Origin: Kondoa subrosea
Taxonomy: Eukaryota
Assembly (NCBI GenBank): GCA_039545335.1
Contig: BCIN01000001.1
Span: 1,038,604-1,102,603, forward strand
Reading direction: 5' to 3'
DNA: 64,000 bases
Positions 35,711-46,445 of the stretch are shown one piece after another. The notes beneath the pieces were generated by a model. It was not told where the DNA came from, did no database searches, and saw nothing but the letters and a program-made list of their open reading frames with translations. A program made the translations under genes and the position numbers. Position 1 is the stretch's first letter. Each line of letters opens with the position of its first letter.

Positions 35711-38700
35711 ATGTTTAGCTCATCCCGTCCTCAGGACAATCAAGCTCCTGTCGACTACGATTACAGGCAATCAGCTATATCTGCCGCCTCAGACTACGGC
35801 CCAGACAACCGCGACTCGAGATACGACGATGTGGCTTCAGAAGGCTACGATAGTCGTCGCGAATCGTACTTAGACCCTTCCCATGGCCAATTACAACCCC
35901 TAACCCATTCTGGCGGCTCATCTCGTATTGAAGACGATCGCAACTCAAACGAATCTGGTTCCGGCTCAAATAGCTCGGGCACAAAAGTCAACACTCCTCT
36001 TTCAGAAAGTCGTTCGCCTTCCTCTTATCGCGCCGGCTCAAAACCTTACAACCAAGGAGCCTTGCGACACGAAGGCAGTGACATGTCTGGTCAGGCTTGG
36101 CATGGTCCATCTTCCGATTCTTCTCACGAACAAGTAGGAGGCACTGGCCTCTATCAATCTCGAGGATATTCGGACTCGTCAGGCTACGTTGATCAACCAA
36201 TGTACCATCCTTCCTCTCCTTCATCAGCGCAATCTCATGGTTCGCCTGCTTTTGATACGCGCTACAGAGATAATTCTTACTCTGGTTCGGGTCTCAATTC
36301 AGCTCGCGCTTCCACTATTGGCACCGATCATATTCCATCGATGCCTTACAACTCTTCTCGCACAGCTCTCAACCATGAATGGCAAAATTCCGCAGATATG
36401 GATGGTATCGCTGTTGCACCAGGAAAAGAACGTTATGGTCCCGGGAGACATGATCGAATGGACTCTTACGGCACAGAGAAAGATGGTCCAGCTACCTATG
36501 TTCCTATACCCCCTTCTTCACCAGCAATGAACAGCTCAATGAATGAGAAAATGGGCGCTCCTGCTGGAATGAAGCCAGACGGATCAAGGCTACCGGAGCC
36601 AGCAGTGGTATTGAGCAGGGCGAACAGACTGGCATGGATTGATGGTTTGAGAGGGTTGGCTAGTATCGTCATCTTCACTCATCATTTCGCCGATTTGACC
36701 TGGGCAAGCACGCACCCTCGAACATTAGAATGGGGCTATTATCAATCCTTCGTCAGGTCAGTAGAGTGAAGCATCTGCGAATACAACTGTTTGCTAATGA
36801 TGATCATGACAGAAACGGTCAACTCGCAGTTGCCATGTATTTCTTGCTTGGCGGTCGAGTTCTTGCGCACTCTTTCCTTCGTTCAGCTTATGTCAAACCA
36901 AAAGCACCCAAAGACTCTCACGGCGATCCAATTCCTGGAGCTGTTGCACCAAAGTGGACCGGGCCAAAATGGCTTTCTCTTTCCTCTTCTCTCTTCCGTC
37001 GGTCTATTCGTCTCGCTCTGCCAGCTGTTGTCATTGGCTTCCTCCAATGGCAATTATCACTTGCGGATTACTTCGAAGACGCTAAGCAAGCTCAAGCGAT
37101 TTTGGAAACCGATGCCCTTTGGACACCAAATTGGCATTACATCGGCGGCTTTACCAACTTCTTACGCTTTGTCATTGATCTTTGTGAGCTTTTTTGCGCT
37201 AACTAATGCAGCAAGACTGATACTTCGCATAGTCACGAATTCCAATCACAAGTACATGCTTTTCGTTGGTTCCGCTCTATGGACCACCTTCGATCAATTT
37301 TGGGGAAGTATCATCACCTACATTGTGGCAGCCTTGATGGCTCCACTTGCACCAAAAGGACGTTACTTGTCATACTTCTGCATGTGAGTTCGCTTGCATC
37401 AGAAAAGGAAATATTCGGCGCTAATCTTTATTTAGCCTGGCTTCACTTTGGTGGATCCAATCTCCCAATTTCCTTTACATCTTCGGTCTCCTCATGGCTG
37501 ATCTACACGCTGCCGGTTACGTTCGTAAATTACAAGATCACTGGAAGCCAACGATGTTGGTCGAATGCGGTTTCATGGCAGTTGCTTTGACCTGCATTGT
37601 TGGAGGTCGAAACATCCAATTTGGTGCAGATGATCTTTTCGGTCGCTTTACCGTCTTTGAAGGCAAGTACTCTTTCGATCCCAGACAAGCCTGGCCGCAA
37701 TACATGAACTTCACCACTTTTATTCCGCCGTTATGTATTCTTGTCTGGGTGGAAGTCAGTCATGCCATGCAATGGTTCGCCTCGTGGGGTCTCTTTGTTT
37801 GGATTGGCAAAGTGTAAGCTTTCTTTAAGCCTGTCTTCGCGAACTTTACTAAAGCGTCGATTAGTTCTTACGGTTTCTACTTGATGCAATTCATCACCCT
37901 ATACTCCATTATGCCTCCTATGATCATTGCCTTGAACGACGGCCGTGGTTATTGGGACATGGTTGTACCAGCATACATCGTCGCGCTGATGTTCAACTTT
38001 TTCATCGCCTGGGTCGCCTATCACTTGCTCGACAGAACAGGTCTAAAGCTTGGCAAATGGGTTTGGGACGGTCTCTTCGTCACCAAGCCAAAGAATGCTG
38101 CTGCTTTACCTCTCAAGTCTGTCAAGGCTTTCGTTCACATGGCTACCACTCTACCTGGAGATACCGTCAAATGGGTGGCTAATGGAAGCAAGAATGCCTT
38201 AACAAAGACAAGAACTGCTTGGTGGTATTTATTCCACTGGCGCACACCCGTGAGTGATATTGTTCTAACTTTGTCGTCCTATTTCTAATTCCCACAATCT
38301 GTAGACCACCCGACCTGCTATTCCTGAACCAACAGATCCTGAAGTCCTCGCTCAGCTCAACTCCACTCGCTGGACAAGTGACATGTCGCAAGACAGAGAA
38401 GCGATGCACACTGCCAGACTCTTGAAGTTCCAGCAATGGACTTGGGTTCCACATCTATTCTTGATTCCAGGCTTGACGTTGGTATGTCAGAGTCTCCAAT
38501 ACTTACTTTCCTGTTCGCTCATGCTGTCTCAGGTGTGGACGTGGTTCCACCCAACAGGTAGATGGACATACGATGCGCTGACATTCTCGACACTTTGGCG
38601 GTTCATTTGGATCTTGAGTTTGCCAAATTGGTGAGTCTTTACATTCGGCCTGGAGTCATATTAAGCTAAGTGTTGTCCTTCCCAGCATGTTCGCCTGGCT

Positions 38701-40348
38701 AGGATTTTGCACACCGGATTGGGCGCATAGCAAGGAACACATGGACAAGAAGCCGGTCTGCGTAAGTCCCATTGCTTTCAGAGTGATGCCACGGCTCATG
38801 TGCTGTTATAGCGAGAACACATTCGCAACTTCTTCGTCTTGCTTGTCACCAAGGGATCAAACGAATCTGCTGTTCGAAGAGGTTACAACAAGCTTTTACC
38901 GCTCGAGAAATACCATCCTGCTTTGAAAGTCATTGTTTTGACTGATGAGCCATATGTGAGCGGCAGTAACTATTTTATGAACACTTCGCTGATTTTCTCG
39001 TAGGTCTATCCTGATCTGAAAAACATTGTCTGCCCCAAAAACTACAAGTCGCCTCTTGGTAAGGCCAAATACAAGGCTCGCGCTCTCGATTACTTCCGTT
39101 ACCACGTATCGCTCGGCAGGTATATTATGTTGTTCAGTTTCAAATGATTCCATCTGATCTATCTTCTCAGCTTTGATTGGATTCTGCATATGGACGAGGA
39201 GTCGACTTGCGATGGTGAAACTTTGAGAAGATGTATGGATTTCATTCGCTACACTCCTCATCACTTCGGGCAAGGTATTATTATGTATAATGGTGAAGGT
39301 TACTGTAAGTACTTTCTCGCTGCCGATTTCATCCGCTTACAACGTGCGAAGGGGACAACTGGCTTTTCACTGTTGCTGATGGTATTCGTGTTGGTGATGA
39401 TCTGGCTCGTTTTCATCTGCAGAACACCGTCTTCAAACGACCTATCTTTGGCGTACACGGCTCATTCTTGATGACTAACGGAGAGATGGAAAACGAGTGC
39501 ACTTGGGATTTCGGATCTTTGGCGGAAGATTTCGAATTCTCGCAAGACGCTTGGAGAAGAGGTTTCACTTGCGGCCGTATCCACGGTATCGTCAGAGAAC
39601 AATCGCCTCAAACCGTCCGAGATTTCCTGAAGCAACGTAGACGTTGGTTCATGGGCATCAGAGATATCAAGGGCATGTACGGCCTGCCAAATTTGGCCAT
39701 CAACTTGTGGATCGTTGGGTGAGTAGATCATTTGTCTACATAGGGCTTGACTGATCATTTTGCGTCAAGTGTATTCACTCTCGGAGCAACAGTCATCAAT
39801 TTCCCCTTCGTCGCTTTCGATCAGTCTTTGACACCTGTAGGTCTTGTATTAAGCTTAGCAATTCCACGACTTACCTCGTTTTAGCTATGGGTCGCCATTA
39901 TTGCCAATTTCTGCTGTAAGGCGCTCTTCATGTTCTGCTTTGCTTTTGCCTAACTATGTCCTTTGCTGCGGACAGTCATGACCTTCTATGTACTCTACCT
40001 ATGGGGATTGTTCATTCAAGAACTCGATTACGGCATGCGTAAGTCGACTTTGACCAAAGTAGCCATTTGCTTATCCTCTTCACCCGATTCTATAGCTTGG
40101 TATAAGATCATCTTCCATCTTGTGCCAGCTATTGTCATTCAACCAATTGCTTCTATCCTGGAAGGATTGTCAGCTATCTGGGCCATGAGTTCCGAAGAGT
40201 GAGTTTGGCGCTTTCTAATGTTCTTCCACATATACTGATTATGCTTCTTTCCCTGCAGTTTCGGGAAGTTCGAGGTGATTCTTCAAATGTCACTATGCCA
40301 AAATCTGGAAACTGACTTGACTATTTTCAGGTCATTGCGAAAAAGTAA
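35711..40348 (+). CDS. Fusion of acyltransferase-3-like membrane domain and GT2 glycosyltransferase (egghead/BRE-3-like)
   Basis: WIDGLRGLASIVIFTHH and SYGFYL (acyltransferase 3); YKARALDYFR, LHMDEES, GQGII, VHGSFL, SLAEDFEF, EQSP..DFLKQRRRW (GT2); reading appears continuous across GT-AG introns. Confidence 0.8.
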
Positions 40349-40639
40349 AAATGGCTCATCTTCAACTCAATCAATATACTCCTCCTGTCCATACCTTTTT
40401 ACGACTAAGCATACCGTGTACAAGCTCCTCTTTGGGTTCTCTGCTCTCGTCCTGTTGTGGAAAAGGGGCCAACAGACGCAAAACAAGGACACTTTTCGTA
40501 TCGAATTAGAGCTTTCCTTCATACATGCTGCATAAATCTTTAATCTGTGTCTCGTTCTATTGCTTTTATCCACTAGACTTGTTAGCCTTGTATATCATGC
40601 AATAGAAGGCATTGAATCAATCTTCTTACCTCGCTTGGG

Positions 40640-40662
40640 TTCGCGTCCCAAAATCACGCGAA
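40640..40662. promoter_or_regulatory. Inverted pair of MCB/SCB-like CGCG boxes upstream of borealin (also in left copy ~21834-21856)
   Basis: TTCGCGT-cccaaaatc-ACGCGAA about 50 bp before the ATG; conserved in both arms despite nearby substitutions. Confidence 0.4.
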
Positions 40663-40714
40663 GGTCTTTTCAAAACAGTGCTGTACTTTTGTAATTACGG
40701 CAAAGCGAGACAGC

Positions 40715-41548
40715 ATGGGACCAAAGAACAAGAAAGCAGCAGCTAATCCAGCCGCGTCCCCTTCCAAGCATCAAGATTTGACTTCTACTGGCTTGCCCAA
40801 GAAACAGGCCGAGTCGATTTTGGCCAATTTTGAGCTGGAGACTGCTACAAGAAGGGAAGAGTTGCAAAGACAGATGCAGTCCATGCTGTCTGACTTGCGA
40901 AGAAGACTTGATTCGGAAGCTCAGCGCTTGCCAGCTTCATTACGTAATATGAAGGTTAAGGATTTCTTTGAGCTGTATGATGGAGATGTTCGGCGAGCCG
41001 CTGAAGGTGTAGTATCGGTTCAAGTGAAGGAGCAGGCGATGAAGGATCAGGAGCAAGTGGAAGCTCAGAGTCCGAAGAAGCGGTATGTCTCTGTGTGCTC
41101 GTCTGCTAAGCTGCTGTGCATTAAGCACTTATGCAAGCAGGAAACGACCAGCGGAATCTGCTTCTGTTCCTCCTTCTCCAGCTTTACCTAAATCCAAACG
41201 CTTCCAACCCAATCTCCCTATCAAACCGTTACCTTCCACTTCATCGCTATTACCTTCTTCTCGTACACCTGGACCGATTCGTAGGCCGAAGAAGAATGAA
41301 CCTATTCAAGCTTATTCAATGAATGGTTCACCACTTGCGACCGAAAGTACTGTTCCGACAAGCTCCTTTACTTTCTCTATGCCGTTCGACTCCTTTGCGA
41401 GAGGTGAGTCTTTCTTCAGGAGTGCAAAATAAGCTGATCATATGTCCCAGGACTACGAACGGAACTGAGTGGAATTCAGATAAGCGAAGAAGAGAAGAGC
41501 AAGCTGGAACAAAGACTGCTGAACTTCATGAAGGAGTTCAAATCNTAA
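40715..41548 (+). CDS. Borealin/Nbl1-like subunit, copy R (3 exons, intact)
   Basis: Same motifs as copy L; introns 41083-41140 and ~41404-41450. Confidence 0.75.
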
Positions 41549-42178
41549 TATACATCCATGATNANGTGCTAATTGTACAAGTAAATATTGCACAGTATCT
41601 TTTGTTGCAGAAACAGAGTATGCATAATTTCAGCCCGTACATTATCCTGTCATGTATTTCTCGAAATTCATATTGACTTAAAGCAACATGCCAGACAAGC
41701 CAAATATACACATACATCGAAGCTTGATCAATCTGAGCGGCTTTGGACGTGATACACAAGGAGAAGAGACTTCTCATTTCTAGTCGAGGTTGAGCCATAG
41801 ATCACAGAATTCGCAGCGCATAACAAACGGAGGTGGGCACAGCCGCGCCTCGATAATAGATTTCTGAGCAGATACAGGAACACAGCAGTCTTGGACACGA
41901 CAGTACGCGTTAAAGCCATTGGTTCGAGTTTGCCAGTCATGCATGAAATTTCGCTAAGGCAGTGATTCTCTTGCAAGACGGAGTGCGCAGGCGGTCCGAT
42001 ACACTTGAGGTTAGGCTCAGGCATAGCTTGACAGGTATATCTACACGACATGACCGTTTGACTCCAAGCAAATCAAGATTTATTTCGAAGGGTTGTCCTG
42101 TTCTAGCAACTCGATACTCACAGCTCAGTCGCAGTCAGGAGCTGCCAGACTTGTATCTCCATCTATTGTCCAGCAGCC

Positions 42179-43773
42179 ATGAGCGCTGAAACGCCAGTCG
42201 CCTCGACGAGTGATGTTCGCAGGATTATCAAAGTTGGCGATACATTGATGCTTCGTCTGCCGAACAAGGCGGTCAAGACGATAGTAGCAAAGGATAGCGG
42301 GTCAGTATATCAAGTCAGGAGTCATCCATCGTGTGCTCAAACAGCGAATTGAAGGAATTGCAATCTGGGCAAGAGCGGCAGCTTTAATGCTTCAGAGCTT
42401 ATAGGCAAACTATTTGGCATGTCCTTTGAAATCAATCAAGATGGGACGTTGAGCGAGAAAGTGGATTTGCCAATCACTGAGATTGGTTAGTCTTGTCGAA
42501 GTGCTACGTCCTGTATGCTAATCCTCGTCCAGCGGAAACGGATGCAACGAATGAGAATATTATGGCTTCTGCTGGAGTTCAAGGTTTGACGACCGAAGAG
42601 ATTGGTGCGCTCAAAACTGGCGGAGCTAGCGGAAGAGTAAGCTGGAATCGGGCGTCATTCTGCCCTATTGATCAAGCAAATCTCTCTATAGGATATCATC
42701 GCCAGACAAATAGCAGAACATGCTGCATTTCATTTGAAGAACGAACACTCCAAGTCGAAATACATTGCTCGCAAAGAGTCCAAGTAAGTAGTCAGCTTGG
42801 GATCCTGACCTATCTAAGTTATTACAGATACATCAAATACTTCACCGTCTTCCCGTCAACAGAATACTACGTATGCGAAGCAGACTTCATAGCAAAGTCT
42901 TCTGGACAATCCAAAATTCGAGACTTGCGGCCAGACAGCTTAGCGCAAACAATGATTCTGGCCAATGCTCGCCCTGGATGTCGTGCTCTAGTAGTAGAAG
43001 ACTGTTCTGGTTTGCTTGTTGGCTCATTACTGTCGCGTATGAATGGTCAAGGTCAAGTCTTGCTTTTTCACGATGCCGACTCTCCGCCAGCTGTACCTCT
43101 TCTACCTTGTTTCAATCTTACGGAAGAAGAAACGAGTCCTTACTTCTTTCTTGATTGGCTAGATACGGATCCAGTATACAAAAACAACGGCTTACCTCTT
43201 GAACCTGATGGACCTATCAAGAATGAAAAGGACAGAATCAAGTTCAAGAAACGTCAAGAAAGTCATGCGCGGCATCAGAAAAAAAAGGAGAGTCTACAAG
43301 AGGGCGGCTGGGATGCGTGAGTCGAGTGATTTCACTGAAACTAGTATCGCTTACTTTGCTATTTTGCATGCTCATAGGCTTGTCATCAGCTCACAGTACG
43401 AACCTTTGTCGATAATAGAACATCTTGATCCATATTTGGCTGGATCTGCGAATATAGTGATACATTCTCCAGCTCTCCAGGTCAGCGAGTATTGACTATT
43501 GAATCAAGTTACATCTCATTGTTGGCATGTTCCTGACAGAGCCTCATGCCAACGCTGCAACATATGCGCAACTCTACATCCTATATTGCAGTCTCACTTT
43601 CAGAACCTCAGCTACGAAAATATCAAGTCTTGCCTGGGCGGACACATCCAGAAATGAATGGGACAGCGCATGGTGGCTTCTTGCTCTCTGCAACTCGCGT
43701 GCTAGCTACAAAGCAAGGCGATTATCAAGCAGCTTCAACGGGAAGGAGAGCAAAACGACCGAGAACTGAATGA
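42179..43773 (+). CDS. TRM6: tRNA m1A58 methyltransferase non-catalytic subunit
   Basis: LTTEEIGALK..ASGR, FHLKNEHSKSKY, KIRDLRPDSLAQ, GLLVGSLLSRM, LRKYQVLPGRTHPEM..GGFLLSATRV. Confidence 0.9.
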
Positions 43774-44023
43774 AGCGATGCTGATTCGCGTCTGCTCACG
43801 CCCTGATACCTTTGCTCACTCGCCCTTCTTCCTTTGTTGCAAGCTGTCGCGTCATCATATGTATTTCCAATACCCCATGTCCGTTGGAAATTTTGTAGAT
43901 GTTCGAATCGAACCTTTTCATTCTTTCATTTCTTCTTTCCTGTTAGCTGTACCACCTTCAGCACAAAACAAGCGTATAACATTACATTTGTTACATACCA
44001 ATTTTTCGAGCGCTCAACTTTAA

Positions 44024-46359
44024 ATGCTGTTCGAAGCAACTACAGCGGCTTTGTTGTTGAGCACAAGTGTCATCGCTCATGGCTCTCAGGATCACCACCA
44101 CAGAGGTTACATAGCTTCCAAGCATCGCAAACGGAATCTAGCACATACTGGAACCATCGATCATTTGTTTGTATGTCAAAATCAAAGCCAATCCCTTGTT
44201 CGCGCATGATCGCTTTGGTAATGTCACAGGTCAAGAGACAGCAAGGAAACTATCCGCCTCAAGATGTGTTTGGTCCAACGCCTTTACCTGCTTGGGTTGC
44301 AAGCTATGAACGAGCCAAAGCTCTTGGCCTAATACCTGGATTTGCGCCAGCAGCTAATGTCAACTCTTGGCCTTCATACCCTGACAATGCGAATATGAGC
44401 GAGATCTGTTCTTGGACAGTGGGCAAATGTGAAGGTCCGAATGAGTAGGTCAGATGGAGCAGTTGCTCGGAAGAATTCTGACGATGTTTGCAGTATCTAC
44501 GATGCTCCAAATGGAGAGATTGGCATATCGTTCGGTACGCACAATCCTATGTTGTTTGAGCATCTCAAATAATACAAAGCAGATGATGGACCTCAACTGC
44601 CGAGCGGCAAACTATACGACTTTCTGCAGACGTACAGTGCTGTCATTGATTCGAGAATACATGGCTTATCCTTCGCTTGCAGTAACAATATTACAGCAAC
44701 ACATTTCATGATCGGATCAAGGATAGTCGAAAATCCGGAATTATTCCAGAGGGCGTACGAGCAAGGCGGTGAACTAGCAGTACAGTAAGTTCTGCATGAT
44801 GATCAGGCGGTGTACTGATTGATCGTCACTCAGTACTTGGGCGCATCGTAAGTCTCGCTTAGTTCTGTTACAATCGAGAAGCTGATAACGAGCTGCACAG
44901 CTCTACTTTCAACAATGAGCGATATGCAAGTTCTCGGCGAGCTCGGCTGGTGCATGCGTAAGCTATATATGCCAAAATGGAATACGCTGAGACGGTGCGC
45001 AACAGAGATCATCAGCGATATGGCCGGCGGACTCTTGCCTTCTCTATTCCGGCCTCCATATGTGCGTCAGACGCTGACCTAAAGCACTCACGCTGATGGT
45101 CATACAGGGAGATGTAGATAACCGAGTAGTAGGTTGAGATGCAACTGTAATAGCTTCTTCGCGCTCAAATATCTCCAGCGCGCCATAGCTGAGACAGTGT
45201 TCGGTTTACAAGTAGCTGGATGGTCAAGAGATACTTTTGATTGGTGTCTCAACGACGAAGGGGGAAGCGCTTGCACATTGGGAGATGGTATCACAACTGA
45301 TCAGCAGCTAGTATCACATCTTACAACATGGCTTAGTACGTCAGAGAAGATCGACCGCGTCTCTGCTGACATGGCATGCAGATGGACCTAAATCACCTGG
45401 ATTGATCATTCTGGAGCATGAATTATCAGATCGAGCAGTCACGGGCTTCACCGGTACTGCTTGGCCGCTTATTCAATCACAAGGATGGCTTCCTAAAGGT
45501 ATATCCGATCTGTTCTCTCAAGATTGGTAGTAAGTCTGCTCTGTCTAACGCGGAATCTCGCAAATCTGACGACTGTACCAAGTCAAAACGCTGCTGGACC
45601 AAGCTCACCTGTGTTATCGATGGCTATCGGTTCCAGTCGTCCTGTTCTTTCTTCCTCTGCAGCCTCGTCATCGTCTTTCTCTTCGTCTTTCTCCTCTTCC
45701 AGCATTTCGACGTCCAGCTCAAACCCTAATTCGTCCAGCAGCAGCAGCAGCAGCAGCAAAGCCAGTGCTTCGGCCAGTCATCTGGCCGATAGTACATTCA
45801 ATGATTCAGGCATCCCGCTACCTACTATGGCTGGGATAACAGCAGGCAGTTGTGTCGCGTTTGGCATATTGTGAGCCACAGACCATCCTCCAAGAGATCC
45901 AAACTGACGCAATCTTTTTTTAGCCTAGCAATCATTTTCACCCTTGTGATGCGACGAAGGCAGAGCAAAAGATCCGTCTACTTGCAGGGCCCAGCAGACT
46001 CATCAGAAAAGATCCGCTTTTTGGCATCAGAAACCGATCTCTCCGCCAGATCAATATCTAGCCCTTACCCTATTTACGCTCACGGCTCTCATGGATCCCA
46101 ATCATCTATTTCGCTTTCACAATATGATGATTCCCGATCGAATTCACCTGGAGCTGGTCGACCAGGGTCTCCTGCTTTCGACAATCCTTTCTATCGCTCG
46201 ACTACTCCAGATGGACAATCACGTCCAGACTCGAACTACCCGGAATCACCTCAAAGAGCGCCATCGCGATCAGCAACGCCAACGCACATCCGAAGAGTCA
46301 GCTATGATCCGCCTCTATCGCCAGTGGATACCACGGGTTACAGTCCGCGTGCGTTGTAA
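44024..46359 (+). CDS. Chitin deacetylase (CE4) with signal peptide, Ser-rich linker, C-terminal TM and cytoplasmic tail
   Basis: CSWT, SF-DDGP, ATHFMIG, H-TWAH, FRPPYGD, WSRDTFDW, LIILEHEL. Confidence 0.88.
45738..45759 (+). repeat. (AGC)7 coding microsatellite (poly-Ser)
   Basis: agcagcagcagcagcagcagca in the deacetylase Ser-rich linker. Confidence 0.85.
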
Positions 46360-46445
46360 TTGTACTTAGGTTCCTTCTGTACAAGGGACATTTGAATCAT
46401 GTAAATAATACAAAATAGAATGCATTTATACTCCAAAACAGAAGT

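Larger units (their letters stand above)
40109..41704. repeat. Right inverted-repeat arm, 1596 bp
   Basis: Mirror of 20794-22389. Confidence 0.98.

Noticed and set aside
20794..41704. Giant DNA transposon or Starship with terminal inverted repeats
   Set aside because: The arms consist of host gene sequence, the cargo is core genes, and no transposase, tyrosine recombinase or target-site duplication was seen.
16000..42300. Canonical mating-type locus (HD1/HD2, STE3 receptor, CaaX pheromone)
   Set aside because: No WFxNxR homeodomain, seven-TM receptor or convincing CaaX-ending precursor recognised by eye; very small spliced genes could have been missed.
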